Assembly: GCA_015521325.1 (NCBI GenBank)
Contig: WAOK01000001.1
Span: 9,782 to 73,781 of the forward strand
Origin: Desulfurococcales archaeon
Lineage (GTDB): Archaea; Thermoproteota; Thermoprotei_A; Sulfolobales; NBVN01
DNA length: 64,000 bases
Reading direction: 5' to 3'
The translations under genes were made by a program, and so were the position numbers. The notes under the pieces are model-generated. The model was not told the DNA's origin. It made no database searches and saw only the letters and a program-made list of their open reading frames with translations. Shown in pieces: positions 24,289 through 32,051 of the stretch; within the stretch, counting starts at the first letter, position 1; every line of letters starts with the position of its first letter.

Positions 24289-24645
24289 CCCCCTAAGATC
24301 AGGTAGCTCGATCGGCTCCTCTATTTCGTACAGCGGTATACCACCCAGTACACAGCCAATTAGTGTCACGGGATCGACCTTTCCCGTAACGAGTGCTGCT
24401 GGTGCTTTCCCATAGTAGCTGAACCCATATATCTTGTAGGATGACACAGTTGACCCTATGGCGGCAGGGTATACAACAATCCTCCCGGCAACATCGCCCA
24501 GACCCCTTATGAAACCCTTCTCAGGCACAGCATCCCCGAGGAACGATATCGGTTCGTCAGCAACCACGAGCTCTCCACACACATTGTCTCCGCCCCCAAC
24601 GACGCGCTTTAGCCTGGCCACCGCTTTACTCATGGACTCACTCAC
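24235..24645 (-). CDS. aconitase X swivel-domain protein (DUF126) = phosphomevalonate dehydratase small subunit
   Basis: 136 aa. GELVVADEPISFLGDAVPEKG...GRIVVYPAAIGSTVSSY pattern of AcnX-S. 8-nt overlap with the AcnX-L gene. Confidence 0.7.
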   Translation of the reverse strand: MSESMSKAVARLKRVVGGGDNVCGELVVADEPISFLGDAVPEKGFIRGLGDVAGRIVVYPAAIGSTVSSYKIYGFSYYGKAPAALVTGKVDPVTLIGCVLGGIPLYEIEEPIELPDLRGLSGRRACIVGDLLVLVD

Positions 24646-25804
24646 CCCTCGCCCACCTCAGTATGCGTTCCCTGCTAATCAGGTGAGCCCTCACACCCGC
24701 TAGCTTGGGGAGATAGTGAAGAGCCTTACCCGAGTCTGTGATGACGCTCTCAATCCCCAGTAACGATAGTTGTGTAACCACCGGGCACTGACTCACAAGA
24801 ACTCTCACGCCCTTCTTACGAAGGGCCTCAATAACGTCCGCCCCCACATGGGCTCCGGTGAAGACCCACAGCTCTCTCTTAACGCCGTCGCCCAACCTCT
24901 CGAGTATCCTCAAGGCTTCTTCCCTGGATAGATGAGGGCATCCGATTAGCCCGACGTCAGCGTCGGCCACGACCTCCTCAACATACTGCTTGATATCGTC
25001 CTTACCGACGGCTAACTTGTCCTGAAAATTCCCCTTGGCTAGCAATTCCATGTAGTCAGGCGTGATCCCTTCGATAACCGCCATCGGGGATGAGCCGGAA
25101 GCGCCGAACGCTGCTAGGAATAACCTGACGTACTCCTCCCGCCTAGGTAATCCCACCACATAGGGCACGGCGTCGGGTGAGTGAAGGTACTTACCCATGA
25201 TGTAACCAGCTGCAGCGGCCGAGGCTCCATTACTCACGTTCTCTAAGGTTACGAGGTAATTCGGGACCCTGTTCTCGGGCAGGTGAGGCCCGGCCAATGG
25301 GGCGCGCCCGACTATGGCCTCCATCAACGCCATCGGCCCTCCCTCCCTCAAGGTCATGGCGCCGGCGACGCTGTTCGCGTAGAGGACGGCGTTGCTCTCC
25401 GCCCACGCCAGGTGTTCGCCCTTCTTGGGCATTCTTATGTGGTACGGTGCGCACGTGAAGGCCTTGCCCCCCATACGGGTTAACGCATTAACTACCCTCA
25501 TCTGCTTGTTGATAATGTCCTTGCTGAGTCTCTTGCCTGAAAACTCAGCGTCAACGGCAGCATAGGGGTTCACTGTAGTGAATACAGAGAACTTCGTCCC
25601 TGCACCCGCCATCTCCTCTATCAGGTGCAGGCCCGGCTCACCTATGTTAAAGATCGAGACACCCGAGACGTGGGCGTGCACCACCTCAACAAGCCTTTCG
25701 GCCCCCAGCATCTCACCTACTTTGACGACGACCTCCATAGCCTTCCTCACGTATTCACCGTATTCGCCGCTAAGCATCCGCTCCTCTTCCTTAGTTAGGT
25801 ACAT
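24638..25804 (-). CDS. aconitase X catalytic-domain protein (DUF521) = phosphomevalonate dehydratase large subunit
   Basis: MYLTKEEERMLSGEYGEYVRKAMEVVVKVGEMLGAERLVEVVHAHVSG is the typical DUF521 N-terminus. Track ORF extends to 25846. Confidence 0.8.
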   Translation of the reverse strand: MYLTKEEERMLSGEYGEYVRKAMEVVVKVGEMLGAERLVEVVHAHVSGVSIFNIGEPGLHLIEEMAGAGTKFSVFTTVNPYAAVDAEFSGKRLSKDIINKQMRVVNALTRMGGKAFTCAPYHIRMPKKGEHLAWAESNAVLYANSVAGAMTLREGGPMALMEAIVGRAPLAGPHLPENRVPNYLVTLENVSNGASAAAAGYIMGKYLHSPDAVPYVVGLPRREEYVRLFLAAFGASGSSPMAVIEGITPDYMELLAKGNFQDKLAVGKDDIKQYVEEVVADADVGLIGCPHLSREEALRILERLGDGVKRELWVFTGAHVGADVIEALRKKGVRVLVSQCPVVTQLSLLGIESVITDSGKALHYLPKLAGVRAHLISRERILRWARGE

Positions 25805-25808
25805 GCCG

Positions 25809-27089
25809 TTACCCACCCTCCGGCTCCGGTGCGATGTACTTTTCACGATCCTTTATGGGTACTGTGGCGTCCACCCCAACCTTGTAGGTAAGGCCATCCT
25901 CCGAGCTAGGATCGAGGGTCGATCCCCTAGCAGCAGGAATTATCACGAGCCCGCGGCCCGCCTGGAACCTTGTCGCTATGGCCCACTCGACCTGCCCAGG
26001 GATGTCGGGGTCTATGTCGTGATCGACTACGATGACGTGCTTGAGGCTTGGGTGAGCAGCGAATGCCGCAGCTATCGCTGTCTTCGCGTCCCCATCATGC
26101 ACCTTCTCTATCGATATAACTGCGTGGAGCCAGTTCCCGGAAGCATCTGTTAGCCTTACCTTGACTACCTTTGCCACAGCCCTCCTCACAGCATCCCATA
26201 TAGCGGCCTCCCTCGGGAACCCCATCAGCACCTTATGTTCTCTTCCTCCGGGCAGGATCACGTGGAAGAGGCCGCCAGCCTTGTTTACGTAGATTCTCTT
26301 AGGGATGAAGAGTGGTTGCTTCCGCACTCTGTCATAAAGCCAGAGGAGGTCTACGAAGGGACCCTCGTCAACAAGTTCCCTCGTTAAAATGCCTTCCATA
26401 ACGGTGTACGCCGTCGCTGGGATGGGTAGATCGTAGAGCGGCGTTCTCGCAACCCGGAGCGGCTCTCCCGTAATTGACTGTGCTAGAGAGAGTTCGAAGA
26501 CTCCATAAGGTGGGGATGAGTAAGCAGCGAGCAACAGCGATACCGGGTCGGCACCTATTACGACAGCTACTGGGAGGTCTTCACCCCTACTAATGCTCTC
26601 CTCGTAAGAGCGGTAGAGGTGCCTCTGCACGACCCTTACCGCGAAACCTCTTCCTTCGATGAGCATCATCCTGTGTATGGAGGCGTTATAGCCGTCGCCG
26701 GCCCTGGTAATGATTATTGACGAAGTCAGGTACCTCCCCCCATCCCGTTTGAAGAACTTTATGGCCGGAAGCTCTTCGGGTCTCACATCAGTTTCTGAGA
26801 AATGCTCCTCGAACCCCTCCTCGATGACCTTCCCCGGGGATGCACTCAGGAGTTTCCGATAAGCGTCTTCCTCATTCCGTGCTCCCATGGCGAAGAAGAG
26901 TTTCTTCCTGGTGTTGAGTACGCCACTTACTGACGGTATCTCCCTCCTCCCGTATGTAAAGACTAGGGTAGCTCCCTCATTGTCGGCTTTAATGATCTCT
27001 TTTACGATTGTCCTTGGTTCTGCCTTCCCTATGTCCCGGACGGCGAAAACGCCCGGGTACTCCCTAATTAGAGTGGCTAGATCACGCAT
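25809..27089 (-). CDS. UbiD-family decarboxylase (probable anhydromevalonate-phosphate decarboxylase)
   Basis: 426 aa. UbiD-like pattern. Contiguous with the AcnX pair. Confidence 0.7.
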   Translation of the reverse strand: MRDLATLIREYPGVFAVRDIGKAEPRTIVKEIIKADNEGATLVFTYGRREIPSVSGVLNTRKKLFFAMGARNEEDAYRKLLSASPGKVIEEGFEEHFSETDVRPEELPAIKFFKRDGGRYLTSSIIITRAGDGYNASIHRMMLIEGRGFAVRVVQRHLYRSYEESISRGEDLPVAVVIGADPVSLLLAAYSSPPYGVFELSLAQSITGEPLRVARTPLYDLPIPATAYTVMEGILTRELVDEGPFVDLLWLYDRVRKQPLFIPKRIYVNKAGGLFHVILPGGREHKVLMGFPREAAIWDAVRRAVAKVVKVRLTDASGNWLHAVISIEKVHDGDAKTAIAAAFAAHPSLKHVIVVDHDIDPDIPGQVEWAIATRFQAGRGLVIIPAARGSTLDPSSEDGLTYKVGVDATVPIKDREKYIAPEPEGG

Positions 27090-28339
27090 TTCGTAACCCT
27101 CCCGTAGTCCTCGAATTTCTCATTAACCTTAATCCTCCCAGCTATAAAGTAAGGGCTCGGACGCTGGCTCCTCGGGATCACCACAGAGAGTTTCCTTCCT
27201 CTAAGGTCGAGTTTCTTTAGTATGGCGATTCCCACGTCATCCAGTTCCTCATTGATTACCCCCAGAAGCATCCCCTCCCATTCACCATCACGTACTGCGA
27301 CATACCTCCTCGGCAGGTCCATGGCCCTAGTGCCTCGGCGAAGGACCACGTACCGTGTTCCCAGGTACTCAGACGCGTAGATTATCTCGGAGCTATCGAC
27401 ACCGATCTCGTCGGCTACGGCCTCGGGATTTAGCTCTCGGCCTGCCAAAATGCAGGAGCCTATGATCTTTACCTCGTCTAGCCTGAAGGTGACCACCCTA
27501 TTATCGGAGAAGTACTTCTTGTACGCCATTGTCCTCAAGTAGCGCCTATCGCTCCTGTTCCTGGTGGCGGCGACCTTAGGTGATGGGGCCATCAGCACGT
27601 TGATACTGGGTGGTAGCGACAACCTGAATACGTTGGCAAGAACAGGGTCCAGGACTATCACATGAGTCGGTCGACTTATGCGTATCAGCTCTAGCTTGTA
27701 ATTTATGGCCCGCTGCTCATTCACCCACCCATCCGTATTCACTATGACTACGCTGGACTGCTGCTCTGCCTCCTTCACGAGGGAAGCTATGGCCGAGACT
27801 ATCCTGGAGATACACCCGTGAGGTGAAAGGCATCCAACGAACCTTATTCTGTCGGCCCTTAGTTGCCTCTGCCAGACAATCGGTTCCCTAAGATATGCGA
27901 GACTAACCGTTCCAGGAACACCTATGTCTTCCTGCCCCACGTCCCCCTCTATGAGGGCAGGCATCACACCCCTCGCGAGGGCTCTGTTAGCTATGAAGGC
28001 TGAGAGCGTGGTCTTCCCTGACTCCACAGGCCCTATAACTACAACCCTCACTGTTCCGTGATCATTCAAGGCATCTATGATACCCTCAGAAATCTCTAGC
28101 CACTTATCCACCACTTCCTCTTTGGGGTCAACGAGCTCTATCGACGCTTCGCTGCCAAGGCTGACCTCGAGCGCCGTGTCCTCGAGCGCCTTAATACCGT
28201 AGCTCCTTAGCGCGTGAATAATGATCGATGAGCCCTCACCGTACTCAGCCCCAACAATCATTATTTTCCCGCGGATCACGCTGACTCTGGCCGGTCCCTT
28301 AACCCTTACCACAGCCCCTTTAGCAACCTCCATCGTCAT
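27077..28339 (-). CDS. polynucleotide 5'-hydroxyl kinase Clp1/Grc3 family
   Basis: P-loop VVIGPVESGKTTLSAFIAN, then EGDVGQEDIG, NTDGW. ORF extends to 28471, but MTMEVAKG (28339) avoids overlap with divergent ksgA. Confidence 0.7.
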   Translation of the reverse strand: MTMEVAKGAVVRVKGPARVSVIRGKIMIVGAEYGEGSSIIIHALRSYGIKALEDTALEVSLGSEASIELVDPKEEVVDKWLEISEGIIDALNDHGTVRVVVIGPVESGKTTLSAFIANRALARGVMPALIEGDVGQEDIGVPGTVSLAYLREPIVWQRQLRADRIRFVGCLSPHGCISRIVSAIASLVKEAEQQSSVVIVNTDGWVNEQRAINYKLELIRISRPTHVIVLDPVLANVFRLSLPPSINVLMAPSPKVAATRNRSDRRYLRTMAYKKYFSDNRVVTFRLDEVKIIGSCILAGRELNPEAVADEIGVDSSEIIYASEYLGTRYVVLRRGTRAMDLPRRYVAVRDGEWEGMLLGVINEELDDVGIAILKKLDLRGRKLSVVIPRSQRPSPYFIAGRIKVNEKFEDYGRVTKCVI

Positions 28340-28363
28340 CTGCCTATTTAGTTGTGGATTAAT

Positions 28364-28381
28364 AGAACCATTAATGGTTCT
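28364..28381. promoter_or_regulatory. perfect 18-bp palindrome AGAACCATTAATGGTTCT in the 48-bp clp1/ksgA divergent region
   Basis: Read directly. Flanked by a second ATTAAT at 28358-28363. Confidence 0.35.
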
Positions 28382-28387
28382 TACACG

Positions 28388-29185
28388 ATGGCTGATGACC
28401 CGTGTGGGGAGCTGAGGAGGCTGCTGCGACTCAGCAGGGGATTGAGGCTGAGGAAGCGGCTGGGTCAGCACATCATGAGGGAGTGCAGGATAGGAACGGA
28501 TTTTATGAGGGTAATTAGGGGACTCGGCCCGAGGGCCGTGGTCGAGGTCGGGGCGGGTCCTGGGGCACTCACACTATTTCTTGTGAGATCCTGTGGGAGG
28601 GTCTTGTCAATAGAGATAGACAGTTCCTTCGTTCCTTACCTAGCGCCGTTAGTCGAGAAGTACTTACTAGAGGTGGTGTTGGGAGACGCCATCGATTTAG
28701 TCCCGTCGATTCGGGGTGTGGACGTGCTTGCTTCCAACACCCCATACAACATCTCCTCGCAGCTCCTTGTAGCGTTCGTGAAGAACCCCTCCCTAAGAGC
28801 TGCCGTGATGACTCTGCAGAAGGACTTGGTTGACAGGCTGCTCGCCCCTCCAGGCTCAAAGCGCTACGGGAGGATCGCTGCTTTCGTAAGGAGTTTCGCC
28901 TTCATCGAGAGGGTGGCTGACTACCCGCCCAGTTACTTCATACCCGAGCCCGAGGTCTGGTCCAGCCTTGTGGTTCTGAAGAAGGTTGTTGATTGGGGTG
29001 AGGGATGGGCGCGCTATGAGGACATGCTCAGGTGTCTCTTCAATCAGAGAAGGAGGATGCTGAGGACTGTGGCGAGGAGGTGTGGATTGATTGTGCCGAC
29101 CGATTTGCTGAATAAAAGGGTTTATGAGCTCGGGCCCGAGGAGTTCGTGAGGATCTACAGGCTTAATTACTCAGGCGGCCCGTAA
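28388..29185 (+). CDS. rsmA: 16S rRNA (adenine-N6,N6)-dimethyltransferase KsgA/Dim1
   Basis: LGQHIM, VVEVGAGPGALT (SAM site), SNTPYNISSQLL motifs. Confidence 0.85.
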   Translation: MADDPCGELRRLLRLSRGLRLRKRLGQHIMRECRIGTDFMRVIRGLGPRAVVEVGAGPGALTLFLVRSCGRVLSIEIDSSFVPYLAPLVEKYLLEVVLGDAIDLVPSIRGVDVLASNTPYNISSQLLVAFVKNPSLRAAVMTLQKDLVDRLLAPPGSKRYGRIAAFVRSFAFIERVADYPPSYFIPEPEVWSSLVVLKKVVDWGEGWARYEDMLRCLFNQRRRMLRTVARRCGLIVPTDLLNKRVYELGPEEFVRIYRLNYSGGP

Positions 29186-29433
29186 CTCCTCTGCCTTCTT
29201 ATCATCTCCTTAAGTTCCTCTATCCGCTTGCTCACGCTCTCCAGTTCCTCCTTAAGCTCCTCCAGCTCTGCCTCCAGCTCCTTCCTGTACTCCTCCAACA
29301 TCCTCAGCTCATCCTCTGGGCTATACCCCCACGGCGGAGGGTACTGAGGCGGCGGGTACCATCCCCAGTAATACGGCGGCGGATATGGGTAGAAAACGCC
29401 CCTCCTTCTCCACCTATACCCCCACCAACTCAT
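29167..29433 (-). CDS. DUF5320-like small protein: W/Y/P/R-rich N-terminus plus E/K/L coiled-coil C-terminus
   Basis: 88 aa from Met24 of ORF 29167..29502: MSWWGYRWRRRGVFYPYPPPYYWGWYPPPQYPPPWGYSPEDELRMLEEYRKELEAELEELKEELESVSKRIEELKEMI. The ATG lies 2 nt after the upstream stop. Confidence 0.6.
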   Translation of the reverse strand: MSWWGYRWRRRGVFYPYPPPYYWGWYPPPQYPPPWGYSPEDELRMLEEYRKELEAELEELKEELESVSKRIEELKEMIRRQRSYGPPE

Positions 29434-29435
29434 GG

Positions 29436-29714
29436 TCACCACCCGTACCATGGCGTGGGGTACCAGGTACCTGAGTAGTAGGGGGCGTAGTAGCTGTACC
29501 ACCTACCCCAGTACGTCGGCCACCAGTACCTGCCCCACACTACCCATCCAGGGGCACCAAAGACCCTCCAGCACGCTCCGCGCCCTCCAAAGTACCAGCC
29601 AGGCCTCTCCCACGGCGGTAGGAACGACCAGGGCCCGTTCCCTGGCCACGGACCTCTCCATCCTCTTCTCCATCCCCAGCCGAGTCCCCACCACGGCGGC
29701 ATGGGTATCCCCAA
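29436..29714 (-). CDS. extreme Trp-rich small protein (19 W of 92 aa; W/G/R/P/Y low complexity)
   Basis: MGIPMPPWWGLGWGWRRGWRGPWPGNGPW...TWYPTPWYGW. Composition continues into the next ORF. The competing same-strand frame 29503..29724 is not excluded. Confidence 0.5.
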   Translation of the reverse strand: MGIPMPPWWGLGWGWRRGWRGPWPGNGPWSFLPPWERPGWYFGGRGACWRVFGAPGWVVWGRYWWPTYWGRWYSYYAPYYSGTWYPTPWYGW

Positions 29715-29750
29715 TTATGTGCAATAGCTCAAAAGCTAATAAACAGTTAC

Positions 29751-30092
29751 TCAGCTCTCCACAGAGCCTGTGACGTATATGGGCCTTCTGTTAACTATGG
29801 CGTCAACGAGTTTACGCCTCCCACTCTCAAGAAGCCTCCAGAGAGTCCCTCTCGAGATACGCATTAGCTCAGCTGCCTCGCCCTGCCGCTTCCCCTCCAG
29901 GTAAACCAGCCTGAGGGCCTCGACCTCGTCCGGGGTTAAGACTACGGAGTCCGGGGGTACCTCTCCATCTTCATCGAGAGGAAACGGCATGAACACCGTT
30001 GGTGTGTGAGACCATGATAGCCAGCGGGGCTTCGGTGGCCTGCCCTTACCTCTCCATCTTCGCCGCCAGGGCCTCCAATGCACCAGAGTCAC
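29751..30092 (-). CDS. DUF134 (UPF0251) family HTH protein with R/W-rich N-terminal tail
   Basis: GRPPKPRWLSWSHTPTVFMPFP...VVLTPDEVEALRLVYLEGKRQGEAAELMRISRGTLWRLLESGRRKLVDAIV matches the DUF134 pattern (RPRKPR..F.P...L..dE.EAlRL.d.egl.qeeAAe.MgvSR.T..r.l..AR.Kva.AL). Confidence 0.75.
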   Translation of the reverse strand: MTLVHWRPWRRRWRGKGRPPKPRWLSWSHTPTVFMPFPLDEDGEVPPDSVVLTPDEVEALRLVYLEGKRQGEAAELMRISRGTLWRLLESGRRKLVDAIVNRRPIYVTGSVES

Positions 30093-30727
30093 CTAAGAGC
30101 TAAGTTAATAGCAGCCCTAATGTCGCTATCCTTTACTTTCTCTGTACCGATGAGGGGCGGCGGACGCTCACTACTGCTCCTGAACTCCTCCGTAAGCCTA
30201 ACTTCGCACCCGAGTTCAAAGAGGACCTCCGATACCTCATACGCAACCTCCCTTAACTCGGGAGATGCCGGTACACCCACCCTGGCATGGCATGCAGTTC
30301 TCTCCGTACCTGTTAGGGCCCTCTCTATGGCCTGCCGAAACTCACTAACCTTTCCCACCTTGCCATACCCAACGATGACGTTCCCCCGTATGATAACGTA
30401 CGCTATCCTGGCCCCGACGTCAACACCTATTAGCACGCTCTTCCCCTCAACGCCGAGAACCTTCCGTATAAGATTCTCAATATCTTTCGCATCTTCTACA
30501 ACAATTGCGTTCTCCGCCCTCGGTTCGCCGAACACTTGAAGGAACTCCTTATCAACGATGGCGATGTCTCTCAGCGCCTCCGGCGAGTCAGGCACCTCGA
30601 AGCTGACGCCGGAGTTCCTCAGCACTTCGATTACACGTCGAAATACTCGGGGGTTGAGCACGAATACCTGGATATGCTTTCTCTTGCTGCTCACGTCGCA
30701 GACCAGAATAATCCGTGTGATGAGCAT
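30089..30727 (-). CDS. RNase H-fold (YqgF/RuvX/RuvC-like) putative nuclease with ~95-aa N-terminal domain
   Basis: SVLIGVDVGARIAYVII...RVGVPASPELREVAYEVSEVLFELGCEVRLTEEFRSS...DSDIRAAINLALR parallels YqgF (GlDvG.kriGvA...vvGlP....a..f...L...v...DErlTT) and the DUF460 core at 48025..50064. Confidence 0.45.
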   Translation of the reverse strand: MLITRIILVCDVSSKRKHIQVFVLNPRVFRRVIEVLRNSGVSFEVPDSPEALRDIAIVDKEFLQVFGEPRAENAIVVEDAKDIENLIRKVLGVEGKSVLIGVDVGARIAYVIIRGNVIVGYGKVGKVSEFRQAIERALTGTERTACHARVGVPASPELREVAYEVSEVLFELGCEVRLTEEFRSSSERPPPLIGTEKVKDSDIRAAINLALR

Positions 30728-30744
30728 ATTATTCGGCGGGGAGC

Positions 30745-31443
30745 TTGAGTGCCGTACACCGCCTCTTGGACACCGTCAATAAAGCCTGGTCAAAGGCCCC
30801 GATACTGCTGTTCGGGCCTCCAGCGGCTGGTAAAACGAATACGGCGCTGTGGCTGGCGGCGCAGTACCTAAGGGGTGGTGGACGCGTACACTACATCAGC
30901 ACAGAGGGAAGGCTTCCCGTTGAGGTAGTGGAGCGGTATGACCTACTGAGCTCAGACTTCCTTGTAGCTATCGCCGTGGATAGCCAGCACCTCCTTAGCC
31001 TGGTGGCCAGGGCTGTAGCCCGCGGTCCTGGGTCTCTCTTGGTTATTGATTCCGTTAATTCGTTCTACAGGGCAGAAGCTCATGAGGCGGTGGCAGGGCG
31101 CAGACTAACGACGCTCATGGCGCTCCTTGCTCACTCTGCCTCCAAGGGTGTGAGGTCCCTCGTTACGGCACAGATAATGGAAAGACCCGATCCCGTGGCG
31201 GTTAGAGAGTACGAGGTCAGTGGTTACTGGGGAATAAGGCCCTTCATCTCTGCAGAGATCGAGATACGGCGGCTGCCTTCGGGCGAGAGAGTTCTTTTAT
31301 TTTCGGCGCGCCCCTCACAAATCGATCAGTGCTATAAGGCGGTGATGAGTTATGGAGGCATCGCCATTGATTACTGCGGTAGTGAAGACGACGAGGGCCT
31401 ACGCACTGGCGATGGTGGCGAACGCGGCGCCAGTGATGGTTAA
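30745..31443 (+). CDS. RecA-superfamily ATPase, RadA paralog (RadB/aRadC-like)
   Basis: Walker A ILLFGPPAAGKTNTAL, ISTEG, Walker B LLVIDSVNSFYRAE. TTG start lies 17 nt from the divergent 30727 start. Confidence 0.6.
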   Translation: MSAVHRLLDTVNKAWSKAPILLFGPPAAGKTNTALWLAAQYLRGGGRVHYISTEGRLPVEVVERYDLLSSDFLVAIAVDSQHLLSLVARAVARGPGSLLVIDSVNSFYRAEAHEAVAGRRLTTLMALLAHSASKGVRSLVTAQIMERPDPVAVREYEVSGYWGIRPFISAEIEIRRLPSGERVLLFSARPSQIDQCYKAVMSYGGIAIDYCGSEDDEGLRTGDGGERGASDG

Positions 31444-31900
31444 GCCCATTATCGACAGGGTCGGCAGGCACAGGGTCGACTTCGGGAGAAAGGCGTGGGA
31501 CGGTCGCGATGTCTTCGGTAAGAACAAGTCGTGGGAGGGCATAGCCGCCGCCATAATCATATCGGTGCTTGCGTCAACGATCTTCGTGTACCTTGAGAAG
31601 AATCCGTGGTGGGTTACGTATGGCTTCGTGTCCGCCGTTGGGACGATGTGCGGTGACCTCCTTAACTCCTTCATAAAGCGGAGGCTCTCGCTAGGACCGG
31701 GGGAGTGTTTCATACCCTGCGACCAACTATCCTTTCTGTTAGTGGCGCACGCATTCATCTACTTAACCGGCGTATACGCGCTCGTCGGGGTCGAGTTAAG
31801 TGCTAGGGTGCTTGCCTTCGGTATTGTGGCCTCGCTATTTCTTCATCTGTTAACAAACCTGATAGCGTATGTTGTGGGCCTTAAGGACGTTCCTTGCTGA
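31352..31900 (+). CDS. carS: CDP-archaeol synthase (CarS, DUF46 family)
   Basis: GKNKSWEGIAAA, GDLLNSFIKRRL, IPCDQLSF motifs and multiple TM segments. True start possibly 31412. Confidence 0.75.
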   Translation: MEASPLITAVVKTTRAYALAMVANAAPVMVKPIIDRVGRHRVDFGRKAWDGRDVFGKNKSWEGIAAAIIISVLASTIFVYLEKNPWWVTYGFVSAVGTMCGDLLNSFIKRRLSLGPGECFIPCDQLSFLLVAHAFIYLTGVYALVGVELSARVLAFGIVASLFLHLLTNLIAYVVGLKDVPC

Positions 31901-32051
31901 GTCTCTTCATAAGTACCCTGTACTTCACGTACTTGTCTAGAGGAGAAAATCTCGGCGGGTGGGCGACGCGGGTGGGTGTCCCACACACGGGACACGTATT
32001 CTTGAGTGTGTACCTACCGCATTTAGGGCATCTCCGTATGAGGAACCTCAT
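31881..32051 (-). CDS. nop10: H/ACA RNP protein Nop10
   Basis: Own translation (56 aa): MRFLIRRCPKCGRYTLKNTCPVCGTPTRVAHPPRFSPLDKYVKYRVLMKRLSKERP. Zinc ribbon plus the PPRFSP motif. ATG overlaps the aIF2-alpha stop. Below the ORF-track length cutoff. Confidence 0.85.
   Translation of the reverse strand: MRFLIRRCPKCGRYTLKNTCPVCGTPTRVAHPPRFSPLDKYVKYRVLMKRLSKERP

Noticed and set aside
29503-29724. Alternative same-strand frame (73 aa, MHIIGDTHAAVVG...) overlapping the Trp-rich ORF, which together with 29167..29502 also tiles the locus without gaps
   Set aside because: Not fully excluded, but less favoured. The W/G/R/P/Y composition continues seamlessly across the next ORF's N-terminus and matches the DUF5320-like layout, and 19 in-frame TGG codons are hard to get by chance. 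Cross-species frame conservation is needed to settle it.
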